Of a stretch of 64,000 bases of DNA, positions 8,981 to 19,175 are shown piece by piece (within the stretch, counting starts at the first letter, position 1; each line of letters starts with the position of its first letter). Source of the stretch: Candidatus Magasanikiibacteriota bacterium (lineage in GTDB: Bacteria > Patescibacteriota > Patescibacteriia > Magasanikbacterales > GWA2-37-8); the NCBI GenBank assembly GCA_017991415.1, contig JAGOQR010000002.1, positions 204,736-268,735 of the forward strand, written 5' to 3'. The notes beneath the pieces were generated by a model, which was given only the letters and a program-made list of their open reading frames with translations, ran no database searches and had not been told where the DNA came from. Position numbers and translations under genes: made by a program.

Positions 8981-11722
8981 CTATTTGGAAGCCAAATATT
9001 TAGCTACTGCTGCTTTGGTCATAGGACCATAGTACATAGTAACGGCTATACTAGCTGGGAAGAAACCACGTTTTTTAAGCTCTGTTTGAAGACGAGCTAC
9101 ATTGGCACCTCTGCTGCCTACAGTAAGGGTATTTACAAGCTCATCAAAAGACAACACTACAGCATTCTTACTTGCTACATATTTTGCAACAGCTGCTTTG
9201 GTCATAGTGCCATACAAACGAGTTGGCTTGAAGGTCTTGGCAAAGAAGCCTGCTTTTTGCAATTCAACTTGCAACTGCCTTACTTCATCACTTATTGTAC
9301 CTGGTTTTAATTCAGCAATAAGTTCATCGAGCAAGGTTGTTTTAACACCCAAAACTTGTCCACCAAGGTTGCCAGCAGTATCTACAGTAGTACTCACTAC
9401 CACAGAAGCAGTGCCAGCATTATTAAAGAATTTAACAAAAATTTTCTTTTCTCCTGCAGCAGAAGGAAGCTTCCACATAGCAGTTGTTTTGTATGCTTCT
9501 TGAACAGCATTTTCAAAACTAGCATTATTGGATATAGACATGCGAGTTGCAGTGCCGCCAACTAATACCAAGTTAGCAAATGTCATATCACCAACAGTAG
9601 TAAGACTATCTACCTTTACACTTAGATTCTCTCCTTCAAAAGCTCCTGATCCCAAAATAACTGTAGGGATAGCTGAGCCGCCACCAGATGAACCGCCACT
9701 ACTACCACCACCAGAAACAGGAGGAGTAACAACAGCATCATCATCTAAAATAGTAAATGTATAGACAGTACTAGAAGATGGCAAAACTCTTGGATCAACA
9801 CTGCTTACATCGATAGAAATTACTACTGTTTCATTTCCTTCTACACCAACATCTTCGGTTGTAAGAAGTTGAAATACAGTTGAAGTGCTACCAAAAGGTA
9901 TTTCCAACATTCCAGTTGTTGAGGTGCTACCATTGAAAGTAAAATCTGAACTATTAGCTGATCCAGAAATTATATAATGAGCAGATATTTTACCCAAAGC
10001 CAATGCATCAGAAATTAATTTAACACTTACTCCACTGCCTTCTTCTGCAGAAGCGGTTTCTACTTCAAAACCAGCATGGATTGGATCGTGATTTTCGTCA
10101 TCTAAAATAGTAACAGCATGTCGGCGGGCATCACCACTTACAATTTCACCGTTACCGCCAACTGGCAAATCCATAATATATAGCCTCAAAACTTCATTTA
10201 ATTCTACAAGAGCGTCATCTGTTAACACAAGCTCTACGTTTTTACTAGTTTCTCCTGGAGCAAAAGTTAAAGATAAGGTTGAAGATGCATAGTTATGATC
10301 ATCTTGACCAGCGGTACTGTTTGGCAAATCTACACCAACCTCCACAGTTACTGTACGATCATTTGGTCGTGATAGCACAACTGGAATTGCCAAGCTAGTA
10401 ACATTTTCTGACACTACAGAAGAGCTAGACGCAAAGCTAATAACAGAAGTATCATCATCATAAATGGTAAATACTTGACTGGTAATAGGACCAAGAACTG
10501 CGTTTGTTGGGTTAGCAATTTCAATATTAATAGTTTCGTTGGCTTCATCAATATTATCATTGAGAATACCTAAGTTAACATCAGCAAAATTAAGAAGTGA
10601 CGGTATTGTAACCGTAGTCCAGGCTGTAGAAGATCCAGCTGTAAAATCAGCGCCTACACCTTGAGTAGCAGTACCACCAGCAATACGCCATTGGAAAGAA
10701 ACTGATTGAAATGAGGCATAATTAAGATAAGCTCTAAACCCACGATTTAACCCGTCTGATTCAACCACACCATTAGTTGCTGTCTGCAAACTTAGCTCTT
10801 TTACACCATCATTATCTATAATAGTCAAAGCAATAGTTCTGCCATTTGGAACAACTTCAAACACCTCTGGACCACTGTGACGAACATCGGTAATAGTAAT
10901 TATTGCTCTTTCATCACCTTCAACCATCGTATCTTGAACAGTTTGAAAAGGAAGATCAACTTCACCTATACCGGCAGGAATAATAATAGTTCCTAATGTA
11001 GTTGAAGGCGTGTTATTAAAGACAAAATCTGTATTAGCATCTGCAGTACTGCTTACTGCAACCTCATAATCAATCTGAACATCACCATGACTTAGATCAA
11101 GAAAATCTTCATCAAAAAAATTAAGACTAACCGTAAATCCATTACCCTCTTGTATACCTGCAGCACCATTTACAAAACCAACTCGCTTCTGTGTATTATC
11201 ATCATCATCATAAATATCAAAATAGAATGTACCTTGAGTACCTATAAACAAGTTTTCACCGCTACTTGATGTAACACTTGTAATTCTAATTCTTACAAAT
11301 TCGTTACCTTCATTTAAACTATCATTAACTGGGATTAAATTTACACTTATATCTCCACTGCCTGCTGGAACAGTTATAGTTCCTACAGTAGTCGAAGGAG
11401 CATTGTTAAAAACAAAATCATTCATAGGGTCAGCATTGATCTGGCCAGCAGGAGACTGATCCATAACAAACTCATAATTAATGGTCATAGCACCATGACT
11501 CACATCATTTTGATTTGTATCGTCCGTAAAACGGATAACCACTGGATACCCTTGACTATAAGTTTCCATCGTCTGGCTAGCCTGGTATCGAAAATCAACA
11601 TGAATATCGCCTGTTGCAGCTTTAGCCACGTTTGGTACAACACTAGCACCTAAACCAAAAACCAAAGCAAGCAGCATGAGGCCGCTTACAAACTTTTTCG
11701 CTTTTGTTCTTACTTTTTGCAT
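8981..11722 (-). CDS. Large secreted repeat protein (Calx-beta-like domains, GGGSSGG linker) with the same C-terminal tandem PG_binding_1-like anchor module
   Basis: 913 aa with a signal peptide. It has repeated ~100-aa domains (DxxxNDxSHGxxxIxYE..., DETVxITI), a GGGSSGGSSGGGS linker, and the C-terminal repeats VRQLQVELQKAGFF...LYGTMTKAAVAKY and VARLQTELKKRGFFP...YYGPMTKAAVAKY. Confidence 0.6.
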   Translation of the reverse strand: MQKVRTKAKKFVSGLMLLALVFGLGASVVPNVAKAATGDIHVDFRYQASQTMETYSQGYPVVIRFTDDTNQNDVSHGAMTINYEFVMDQSPAGQINADPMNDFVFNNAPSTTVGTITVPAGSGDISVNLIPVNDSLNEGNEFVRIRITSVTSSSGENLFIGTQGTFYFDIYDDDDNTQKRVGFVNGAAGIQEGNGFTVSLNFFDEDFLDLSHGDVQIDYEVAVSSTADANTDFVFNNTPSTTLGTIIIPAGIGEVDLPFQTVQDTMVEGDERAIITITDVRHSGPEVFEVVPNGRTIALTIIDNDGVKELSLQTATNGVVESDGLNRGFRAYLNYASFQSVSFQWRIAGGTATQGVGADFTAGSSTAWTTVTIPSLLNFADVNLGILNDNIDEANETINIEIANPTNAVLGPITSQVFTIYDDDTSVISFASSSSVVSENVTSLAIPVVLSRPNDRTVTVEVGVDLPNSTAGQDDHNYASSTLSLTFAPGETSKNVELVLTDDALVELNEVLRLYIMDLPVGGNGEIVSGDARRHAVTILDDENHDPIHAGFEVETASAEEGSGVSVKLISDALALGKISAHYIISGSANSSDFTFNGSTSTTGMLEIPFGSTSTVFQLLTTEDVGVEGNETVVISIDVSSVDPRVLPSSSTVYTFTILDDDAVVTPPVSGGGSSGGSSGGGSAIPTVILGSGAFEGENLSVKVDSLTTVGDMTFANLVLVGGTATRMSISNNASFENAVQEAYKTTAMWKLPSAAGEKKIFVKFFNNAGTASVVVSTTVDTAGNLGGQVLGVKTTLLDELIAELKPGTISDEVRQLQVELQKAGFFAKTFKPTRLYGTMTKAAVAKYVASKNAVVLSFDELVNTLTVGSRGANVARLQTELKKRGFFPASIAVTMYYGPMTKAAVAKYLASK

Positions 11723-11768
11723 ATTTTTAAAAGCTTATACTTAATTTTTAATTAAAATTTAACTGTGG

Positions 11769-11797
11769 ACTATACCATAAATTTGGCCTTTTGTCAA
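11769..11797 (-). promoter_or_regulatory. sigma70-type promoter TTGACA-17-TATAGT for the 913-aa surface protein gene
   Basis: Minus strand TTGACAaaaggccaaatttatggTATAGT, with the -35 at plus 11792-11797 and the -10 at 11769-11774. Confidence 0.6.
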
Positions 11798-12019
11798 CCC
11801 CTTTGGGGTCGTACAAATACACTTACCCCTAGAAACCTCTAAAGTTACCAATATTTTAACCTATCTTTAGCAGAATTTTAAGAACTGTTAAATATTAACA
11901 TAGGACCAGCAAAAAATCTACCTGACGTCAATATGCAACACCCTTCCCTCTTGCGCCCCAAAGAATAGGGTGCTAAAATATGGATACTTTTATCAAGCCT
12001 CTCACCCCTTAACCAGGCG

Positions 12020-12655
12020 GTGATTTCATTAAAACTCTATATGCATATAAGCTGGCTCGGACAAACCTGTATCAAACTGCAGACCAAAAACCAAGATAAA
12101 GACTTGGTCATTTTAATTGATGCTTACAAACCAAAAAAGGGCGACTTTCCTCGAAATTTTAGCCCCGATGTAGCGCTATTCTCCAGCGGACTAGACGAAA
12201 CCGCAACCATGTCTCAGGATACTTTTACGGTTAGCTCTCTTGGCGAAATGGAAGTAAAAAACTTAATGATCTATGCTGTGCCAAGTAGCGAAGGTCAAGT
12301 AATTTACAAATTAAATGGCGAAAATTTGAATATAGTACATCTTGGTAGATTAAAAAAACCGCTCGATAATGCCCATATAGAAAAAATCATGAGTCCTGAT
12401 ATTTTATTTATCCCTGTTGGCGGCGGGACACAATATCTCGATGCCAAAGCTGCTGCCGAACTTGCTAACACACTCGAACCACGCATCATAATCCCTATCG
12501 CCTACAACTGTGATACTGATCCTGATGCTGCGCCGCTCACTGCTTTTATCAAAGAAATTGGTCTAAAAGCCGAAGTCACAGAAAAAAAATTAATTATTAA
12601 GAAAAAAGATTTACCACAAGAAGATACAAAATTAATTATTTTGGAAAAGGAATAA
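12020..12655 (+). CDS. MBL-fold metallo-hydrolase (UPF0173-like)
   Basis: ISWLGQTCIKLQ...ILIDAY at the N-terminus, with beta-lactamase-fold hydrolase-like spacing. The likely start is the internal ATG at ~12041 (MHISWLGQ). Confidence 0.55.
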   Translation: MISLKLYMHISWLGQTCIKLQTKNQDKDLVILIDAYKPKKGDFPRNFSPDVALFSSGLDETATMSQDTFTVSSLGEMEVKNLMIYAVPSSEGQVIYKLNGENLNIVHLGRLKKPLDNAHIEKIMSPDILFIPVGGGTQYLDAKAAAELANTLEPRIIIPIAYNCDTDPDAAPLTAFIKEIGLKAEVTEKKLIIKKKDLPQEDTKLIILEKE

Positions 12656-12667
12656 CCCGGGAATCGT

Positions 12668-13066
12668 ATGCCAAGGAGAAAAAAACAATCTGCTCCCGAA
12701 CCAGCTCCTATCTCCCCTCCTCCATATACATACAACCCTGCAGCCAAAAAATGGCTTTGGGTATGGGTGGGTATATTTACCGCTATCATTCTAGTTTTAT
12801 GGGGTTGGGCTACCAAAATAACATTATCTTCTTTTAGCTGGAAAAAAACACCAGAAAAACAACTCATTGAATCAAGCAAAAATAATTGGAATGATTTATT
12901 TAACAACGAAGCCGCCAAAATAAAAAAAGAACAGATGCGTTTGCAACTTCAAAGCATAATCAGTAAAATGGTTACGGAGACAAATTCAACTACCAGCTCC
13001 ACCACCATCACTACAACTTCAGCTAATATAATAGGTAGCACCTCAACCACCTCATCTACACAATAA
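12668..13066 (+). CDS. Small membrane protein with a Ser/Thr-rich tail (hypothetical)
   Basis: One TM helix ([19 protein letters not shown]) and a poly-S/T C-terminus. It is tightly packed between the MBL gene and gyrA. Confidence 0.35.
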   Translation: MPRRKKQSAPEPAPISPPPYTYNPAAKKWLWVWVGIFTAIILVLWGWATKITLSSFSWKKTPEKQLIESSKNNWNDLFNNEAAKIKKEQMRLQLQSIISKMVTETNSTTSSTTITTTSANIIGSTSTTSSTQ

Positions 13067-13074
13067 TTAATACT

Positions 13075-15540
13075 ATGCAAAATAAACTAGAATTAGCACC
13101 CCAAGAAATAGGAATTATCACACCAGCTTCTTTGGTAAACGAAATGCAAACATCATATTTGGAATATGCAATGAGCGTAATAGTTTCTCGCGCCTTACCA
13201 GATGTCCGAGACGGACTTAAACCAGTACACCGTCGTGTGCTATACGCTATGTGGAATATTGGCTTGCGTCATACTGCCAAGTTTCGCAAATCTGCCCACG
13301 TAGTTGGTGAGGTAATGGCCAAATACCACCCACACGGCGATGCTTCTATCTACGATGCTATGGTGCGTATGGCACAAGATTTTTCTATGCGCTACCCGCT
13401 CGTCCACGGTCAGGGAAACTTTGGCTCTATGGATGGCGACAACGCTGCTGCCATGCGTTATACCGAAGCCAAACTCACCGCCGTAGCCGAAGAAATGTTA
13501 TTTGATATTGAAAAAGATACTGTTAATTTTATTCCTAACTACGACGGCTCTCATAACGAACCAACCGTACTCCCTGCTCGTCTTCCAGATTTACTCCTCA
13601 ATGGTACTATGGGTATTGCAGTAGGTATGGCGACTTCTATTGCGCCACACAACCTTACCGAACTGTGCGAAGGTATTGCCAAACTTATCGAAGACCCAGA
13701 AACTTCTATCGAAGACCTATCCGAAATCATAAAGGGTCCAGACTTCCCTACTGGCGGTATTATTTATAATAAAAAAGATATTTTAGCTGCCTACTCTACT
13801 GGTAAAGGCGGCATTGTCATGCGTGCAAAAGCCGAAATTCAAGAAGGCAAGACCGATCAATTTAAAATTATTATTACTGAAGTACCTTACAATATTAACA
13901 AAGCAACTTTACTCGAAAAAATTGCTGATTTGGTACAAGAGAAAAAAATCGAAGGCATCAAAGACTTGCGCGACGAAACAAATAAAGATGGTGTTCGCGT
14001 GGTAATTGATCTCAAAAAAGATGCTTATCCAAAAAAAGTGCTCAACAAATTATTCCAAATGACCGAACTGCAGACTACATTCCACTTTAACATGTTAGCA
14101 CTGGTAGATGGTATTCAACCTCGTGTACTTACTCTCAAAAATATTTTAGAAGAGTTTATCAAACACCGCCAGGTAGTTATCCGCCGTCGCACTGAGTTTG
14201 ATTTGGCCAAAGCAAAAGATCGCGCCCATATACTCGAAGGCCTCAAAATGGCGCTCGATAAAATTGATTTGATTATCAAAACTATTCGCGCTTCCAAAGA
14301 TAAGGACGAAGCTAAAGCTAACTTAATCTCAAAGTTCAAATTCTCTGACCGTCAGGCTGTAGCTATTCTGGAAATGAGATTACAACAATTAGCCAACCTC
14401 GAACGACAAAAAATCGAAGACGAACTCAAAGAAAAAATGGCTCTTATAAAAGAACTTGAATCTATTCTTGCTTCCAAAGCCAAAATAATGAAAATTATCA
14501 AAGACGAAACACTTGCCATCAAAGAAAAATATGGCCAAGCAAGACGCACTCAGATTATCGCTCATGGTATTAAAGAATTTACCACCGAAGATCTTATCCC
14601 GAACGAACCAACCATTATCATGGTGACTTCCGATGGCTACATCAAACGCCTTCCTCCAGATACGTTCCACCAACAATCCCGTGGCGGCAAAGGTGTAATT
14701 GGTACAACTACCAAAGAAGAAGAAAGCGTACAAAATTTGGTAGCAACCAATACTCACGACAATATTTTATTCTTTACCAACCGTGGCCGCGTCTTCCAAC
14801 TCATGGCTTACGACATTCCTCAGGCTAGCCGCACCGCCAAAGGCCAGGCTCTTATCAACTTCTTGCAGTTAGCTCCAAACGAAAAAGTAACTGCCCTACT
14901 TGGCATGAATGACCTTTCCAGTATCAAATACTTGGTAATGACCACCACCAAAGGCAATATCAAAAAAACTGCTGTGGAAGATTTTGCCAATGTTCGTCGC
15001 AGTGGTTTAATTGCTCTCAAATTGAAGCTCGACGATAATTTGGAATGGGTAAAACCAAGTGATGGCAATGACGAAATTATGATTGCTACCAAACAAGGCC
15101 AGGCTATCCGCTTCAAAGAAAAAGAAGTTCGTGAAATGGGACGCACCGCCAGCGGCGTACGCGGCATGCGACTCAAAAGCGGTGACGAAGTAATTGGCAT
15201 GGATATCGTAGATCCAAAAAACAAAAGTTTAGCCTTCCTTACAGTTGGTGAAAATGGTGTTGGAAAACGTACCGAACTTGATGAATATAAAGTACAAGGA
15301 CGTGGTGGTAGTGGTATCAAGACCGCCGAAATCACCGCCAAAACTGGCGATCTTACTTTTGCTAAAGTCGTAGATGCCGTAGAACTTAAAGACAAAGACT
15401 TGCTCATCATGTCTGCCAAAGGCCAAGTTATCCGTCTACCCTTTGGATCTATCAACTCTTCTGGCCGAGCCACCCAAGGCGTTCGCCTCATGAGATTTAA
15501 AGAAGATGGCGATAAAGTTGCCAGCGTCACACTCATGTAA
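13075..15540 (+). CDS. gyrA: DNA gyrase subunit A
   Basis: [19 protein letters not shown], a [39 protein letters not shown], and C-terminal beta-pinwheel repeats; 821 aa. Confidence 0.95.
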   Translation: MQNKLELAPQEIGIITPASLVNEMQTSYLEYAMSVIVSRALPDVRDGLKPVHRRVLYAMWNIGLRHTAKFRKSAHVVGEVMAKYHPHGDASIYDAMVRMAQDFSMRYPLVHGQGNFGSMDGDNAAAMRYTEAKLTAVAEEMLFDIEKDTVNFIPNYDGSHNEPTVLPARLPDLLLNGTMGIAVGMATSIAPHNLTELCEGIAKLIEDPETSIEDLSEIIKGPDFPTGGIIYNKKDILAAYSTGKGGIVMRAKAEIQEGKTDQFKIIITEVPYNINKATLLEKIADLVQEKKIEGIKDLRDETNKDGVRVVIDLKKDAYPKKVLNKLFQMTELQTTFHFNMLALVDGIQPRVLTLKNILEEFIKHRQVVIRRRTEFDLAKAKDRAHILEGLKMALDKIDLIIKTIRASKDKDEAKANLISKFKFSDRQAVAILEMRLQQLANLERQKIEDELKEKMALIKELESILASKAKIMKIIKDETLAIKEKYGQARRTQIIAHGIKEFTTEDLIPNEPTIIMVTSDGYIKRLPPDTFHQQSRGGKGVIGTTTKEEESVQNLVATNTHDNILFFTNRGRVFQLMAYDIPQASRTAKGQALINFLQLAPNEKVTALLGMNDLSSIKYLVMTTTKGNIKKTAVEDFANVRRSGLIALKLKLDDNLEWVKPSDGNDEIMIATKQGQAIRFKEKEVREMGRTASGVRGMRLKSGDEVIGMDIVDPKNKSLAFLTVGENGVGKRTELDEYKVQGRGGSGIKTAEITAKTGDLTFAKVVDAVELKDKDLLIMSAKGQVIRLPFGSINSSGRATQGVRLMRFKEDGDKVASVTLM

Positions 15541-15552
15541 AAAAATAACAAA

Positions 15553-15590
15553 ATAAAATAACCCCACTTAAAGGGGTTATTTTATTTTGT
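15553..15590. terminator. Rho-independent terminator AAAATAACCCC-ACTTA-AAGGGGTTATTTTATTTT
   Basis: Stem-loop plus T-run immediately after the gyrA stop. Confidence 0.7.
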
Positions 15591-15629
15591 TTGCCTTAAT
15601 CATAAAAATACGATACTATTTATTTATCT

Positions 15630-17132
15630 ATGCCTTACACAGATATAATTCCAAAAAATCCAAATATTGCGGATTTAATGGAAGAAATTAAAACATATTA
15701 CCACCAAGAAGATACCGACATGGTTCGGCTCGCTTATGATTTTGCTGAAAAAGCCCATCGTGGCCAAATGCGAAAATCTGGCGAACCATATATTATCCAC
15801 CCAGTAGCCACCGCCATGATTTTGGCCCACATGCGTATTGATCCAAATATTATTGTGGCTGCTCTACTCCATGATGTCCCCGAAGATACGGCTGTCACTC
15901 TAGAAGAAATAGAAAAAAACTTTGGCCCAGATATTGCAGCCATGATTCGAGGTATTACCAAATTAGGAAAATTAAAATATCGCGGCGTAGAACGATACAT
16001 AGAAAATTTACGGAAAATGTTTGTGGCCATGGCCGAAGATATTCGTGTTATGATTATCAAATTTGCTGACCGTGTTCATAATCTATCTACTATAGACGCT
16101 CTGCCTCCAAAGAAAAAATTTCGTATTGCGCTCGAAAGTTTAGAGATCTACGCCCCGATTGCCAACCGTCTTGGTATCGGAGAATTTAAAAGTCTGCTCG
16201 AAGATCTTTCATTCCCTCACGTATTACCAAAAGAATACGAAAAAACCAAAGCCGTACGCGAAACACTTGTATCAGAACGTGAAGCATATTTACAAAACGT
16301 AATGGATGTAACTAAAAACGAATTACAGAACTCAAAAATAAATGTTGTAAGTATCCACGGCCGAGAAAAAACACTCTACAGTTTATATAGAAAAATAGTT
16401 ACCAAAGGTGGTTGGGAAAATACTGAACAAATCCACGATGTAGTTGCGATTCGTATAGTTGTAGAAAACCTATCGGATTGTTATGCAACCCTCGGCATCA
16501 TCCATAAATTATGGCGCCCCCTCAAAGGACGTATTAAAGATTATATTTCCCAACCAAAACCTAACGGCTATAAGTCACTCCACACCACTGTTTTTTGTAT
16601 AGATGGGCAGATTGTAGAATTTCAGATTAGAGATCGAGATATGCATAACGAAGCAGAATACGGTATTGCCGCTCATTGGCACTATGACGAACGAGGCTCA
16701 CGTTTACCAGCCAAAGATATTTTCTGGGCCAAAGAACTAGCTGACATTCAAAAAACTATCCTAGAAAAACTATCCGATATCGACGAATTAAAAGTCGACT
16801 TCTTTAGAAATCGTATTTTTGTTTTTACGCCCAAAGGCGATGTCTTTGATCTGCCCGAAGATGCTACCCCTGTTGATTTTGCCTATACCGTTCATACTGA
16901 CATTGGTAACCAGTGCAATGGTGCCAAAGTAAACGACCAACTAGTAAGTCTTATTACCCCTCTCAAAAGTGGTGATGTGGTAGAAATATTTACCGATAAA
17001 AATCGCAAAGGCCCAAGCCAAGATTGGTTAAAACATGTCAAAACTCATCAGGCTAAAACTAAAATAAAAGAAAAACTCAAAACAGAAAAAAATAGCTGGC
17101 TCAAAATTATTATGCCCAGAAAAAAATCATAA
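15630..17132 (+). CDS. rel: Bifunctional (p)ppGpp synthetase/hydrolase, short Rel/SpoT homolog (HD + synthetase + TGS, no ACT domain)
   Basis: HD hydrolase motif HRGQMRKSGEPYIIHP...LLHDVPEDT, synthetase motif RIKDYISQPKPNGYKSLHTTV, and a TGS-like FVFTPKGDVFDLPEDATPVDFAY; 500 aa. Confidence 0.85.
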   Translation: MPYTDIIPKNPNIADLMEEIKTYYHQEDTDMVRLAYDFAEKAHRGQMRKSGEPYIIHPVATAMILAHMRIDPNIIVAALLHDVPEDTAVTLEEIEKNFGPDIAAMIRGITKLGKLKYRGVERYIENLRKMFVAMAEDIRVMIIKFADRVHNLSTIDALPPKKKFRIALESLEIYAPIANRLGIGEFKSLLEDLSFPHVLPKEYEKTKAVRETLVSEREAYLQNVMDVTKNELQNSKINVVSIHGREKTLYSLYRKIVTKGGWENTEQIHDVVAIRIVVENLSDCYATLGIIHKLWRPLKGRIKDYISQPKPNGYKSLHTTVFCIDGQIVEFQIRDRDMHNEAEYGIAAHWHYDERGSRLPAKDIFWAKELADIQKTILEKLSDIDELKVDFFRNRIFVFTPKGDVFDLPEDATPVDFAYTVHTDIGNQCNGAKVNDQLVSLITPLKSGDVVEIFTDKNRKGPSQDWLKHVKTHQAKTKIKEKLKTEKNSWLKIIMPRKKS

Positions 17133-17136
17133 CTTT

Positions 17137-17178
17137 AAAATAAAATAACCCTTTAATATAAAGGGTTATTTTATTTTA
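17137..17178. terminator. Bidirectional terminator AAAATAACCCTTTAATATAAAGGGTTATTTTATTTT between rel(+) and parB(-)
   Basis: Near-perfect palindrome with A/T runs on both sides. Same sequence family as the gyrA terminator. Confidence 0.7.
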
Positions 17179-17184
17179 AATAAA

Positions 17185-18030
17185 TTAATTTTGATTGATT
17201 GTTTTGAGAAGACGCTTAAACTCTTCTTCTGAATAAAAATCTATAACAATACTGCCTTTTTCTCCCTTTTTAGTAATTGAAACTTTGGTACCAAGCGTTG
17301 CTCGCAACTGATCCTCAAGGTAAGACAAATTTGGATCTCGATGGCTTTTACCACTACCTTGCTTGCTTACTTCTCGCTCCAATTCTCGCACTGTTATACG
17401 CTGGCCCAGCATAGAAGAGAGCATATCAATTTGTTTGGCAGACGTGTCAAGACTCAAGAGTGCACGCGCTTGCCCCATACTAATTCTTTTATCAGCCAAT
17501 GCTGCTTTAACTTCTTCTGGCAACTGCAACAAGCGAATAAAGTTGGCCACTGCCGATCGACTCTTCCCTACTTTTTCTGATACTTGCTGCTGCGTTAAAT
17601 TAAATTCTTCCATGAGTCTTTGGTAGGCAAATGCTTCTTCTATTGGGCTCAAATTTTCTCGTTGAATATTTTCAATTAAGGCAATTTCCATGCGCTGCTG
17701 GTCTGCCAATTTTTTAATCATGGCTGGCACCGTAGCAAGCCCTGCCATCTGGGCAGCACGCCAACGACGTTCTCCAGCTACCAATTCGTACCCGCCATCT
17801 GCTCGTTCGGTAACAAGAAGCGGCTGCAAAATACCATGTTCTTTTATAGAGTTACTAAGTTCTTCCAAATCAATGGTATTAAAATTTTGGCGTGGCTGTT
17901 GAGAACTAGCCACTATCGAAGTAACTGGGATATGCCAAATTCTTTCTTGATTACTCATATCAGAACTGGCTTCTAATTTTTGTTTTGGACTACTGGAGAT
18001 TAATGCTCCCAAACCTTTACCTAAAGCCAT
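17185..18030 (-). CDS. parB: Chromosome partitioning protein ParB/Spo0J
   Basis: GERRWRAAQMAGL box, HTH (QQQVSEKVGKSRSAVANFIRLLQLP); 281 aa. Confidence 0.9.
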   Translation of the reverse strand: MALGKGLGALISSSPKQKLEASSDMSNQERIWHIPVTSIVASSQQPRQNFNTIDLEELSNSIKEHGILQPLLVTERADGGYELVAGERRWRAAQMAGLATVPAMIKKLADQQRMEIALIENIQRENLSPIEEAFAYQRLMEEFNLTQQQVSEKVGKSRSAVANFIRLLQLPEEVKAALADKRISMGQARALLSLDTSAKQIDMLSSMLGQRITVRELEREVSKQGSGKSHRDPNLSYLEDQLRATLGTKVSITKKGEKGSIVIDFYSEEEFKRLLKTINQN

Positions 18031-18056
18031 ACAATTTTAATTCTATTTTAAAAAAC

Positions 18057-18833
18057 CTAATTGTTTTCTGATTCAAACCTGTCTAAAAATTCTTTTCCAA
18101 GTCGCTCGTATGCTTTGGAACCTTTACCGCTTGGATCGTAATGAAAAATACTCTGACCAAAACTTGGCGCCTCCGCAAGTCGTACGGTACGAGGTATTAC
18201 TGAACGAAAAATATTATCTGGAAAAAATTTATACAGCTCATTCATAACTTCGGCAGACAAACTATTGCGAGCATCGTACATAGTAAGCACTGCTCCCAAA
18301 ATTTTTAATTCTGGTTTTAGATTACTACGAATCAATTCTATTGTTTTGAGCAATTGCCCCAAACCTTCCAGCGCATAATATTCTGCTTGTACAGGAATTA
18401 AAATATAATCGGCAGCAATAAGACCGTTGAGCGTTAAGACGCCAAGTGATGGCGGACAATCGATAATAATATAATCGTAGGCATGAGCAACTTCGGACAA
18501 AATTTCATCTAGTTTTTTTTCACGACCTTCTACATTTACCAGCTCTACATTTGCTCCAGCCAAATCTGGTGTAGCAGGTGCTACGCGCAACCCTGCATGC
18601 CCAGTATTTAATACCACGTCGTGTAAGCGCGCTTGACCAGATAAACTATGGTATAAGCCTTGTTCTAATTCTTGATATTTAATTCCTAAACCAGAGGTAG
18701 CATTACCCTGAGGATCTAGATCAACGAGCAGCACAAATTTACCTGTCTCCGCCAAAGCAGCGGCCAAATTTACCGCGGTGGTAGTTTTTCCAACTCCACC
18801 TTTTTGATTCACTACCGAAATTACCTGAGTCAT
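18057..18833 (-). CDS. parA: Chromosome partitioning ATPase ParA/Soj
   Basis: Deviant Walker A VNQKGGVGKTTTAVNLAAALA. The start is set at the internal ATG (MTQVISVV) at 18833. The longer track ORF (to 18956) overlaps the tRNA-Leu gene and adds an implausible hydrophobic leader. Confidence 0.85.
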   Translation of the reverse strand: MTQVISVVNQKGGVGKTTTAVNLAAALAETGKFVLLVDLDPQGNATSGLGIKYQELEQGLYHSLSGQARLHDVVLNTGHAGLRVAPATPDLAGANVELVNVEGREKKLDEILSEVAHAYDYIIIDCPPSLGVLTLNGLIAADYILIPVQAEYYALEGLGQLLKTIELIRSNLKPELKILGAVLTMYDARNSLSAEVMNELYKFFPDNIFRSVIPRTVRLAEAPSFGQSIFHYDPSGKGSKAYERLGKEFLDRFESENN

Positions 18834-18930
18834 ACCAAAATAAAAATCTATAACAAATAGTAAAAATATTATACCACAAAGAACAAAAACAAAAAACTCA
18901 CCAATTTTGATAGTGAGTTTTTTAATGTGT

Positions 18931-19011
18931 GCCGAAGGAGAGAATCGAACTCTCATGGATTTCTCCGCACGATTTTGAGTCGTGTGCGTCTACCAATTCC
19001 GCCACTTCGGC
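18931..19011 (-). tRNA. tRNA-Leu (anticodon CAA), type II with a long variable arm
   Basis: Minus strand GCCGAAGTGGCGGAATTGGTAGACGCACACGACTCAAAATCGTGCGGAGAAATCCATGAGAGTTCGATTCTCTCCTTCGGCA. It has a 7-bp acceptor stem, anticodon loop CUCAAAA, a long variable arm and T-loop TTCGATT. No encoded CCA. Confidence 0.85.
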
Positions 19012-19030
19012 TTATTTCTATGTATGTAAA

Positions 19031-19059
19031 ATTATAATCTAGGCTTACTTGTTTGTCAA
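19031..19059 (-). promoter_or_regulatory. Consensus sigma70 promoter TTGACA-17-TATAAT driving tRNA-Leu (and probably parAB)
   Basis: Minus strand TTGACAaacaagtaagcctagatTATAAT, ending ~20 nt upstream of the tRNA 5' end. Confidence 0.7.
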
Positions 19060-19081
19060 TCTAGGGTATAAAAATAATGAA

Positions 19082-19103
19082 CCCAGCGTTGTGACACGCT
19101 GGG
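19082..19103 (-). terminator. GC-rich hairpin CCCAGCGT-TGTGAC-ACGCTGGG followed by a U-rich tract on the minus strand (terminator of the GC-rich island operon)
   Basis: 8-bp perfect stem. The minus-strand downstream sequence is UUCAUUAUUUUUAU. Confidence 0.55.
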
Positions 19104-19175
19104 CAGAACTTCCGCACCTGCAACCAGACCTTGCGATCTCGACCAGGTGACCTTCCCCTCCTTCCGTGCGACTCT

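Noticed and set aside
18834-18956. 41-aa N-terminal extension of ParA (track start 18956).
   Set aside because: It overlaps the tRNA-Leu gene (18931-19011) and encodes a hydrophobic leader absent from ParA proteins. The internal ATG at 18833 precedes the Walker A box at the normal distance.
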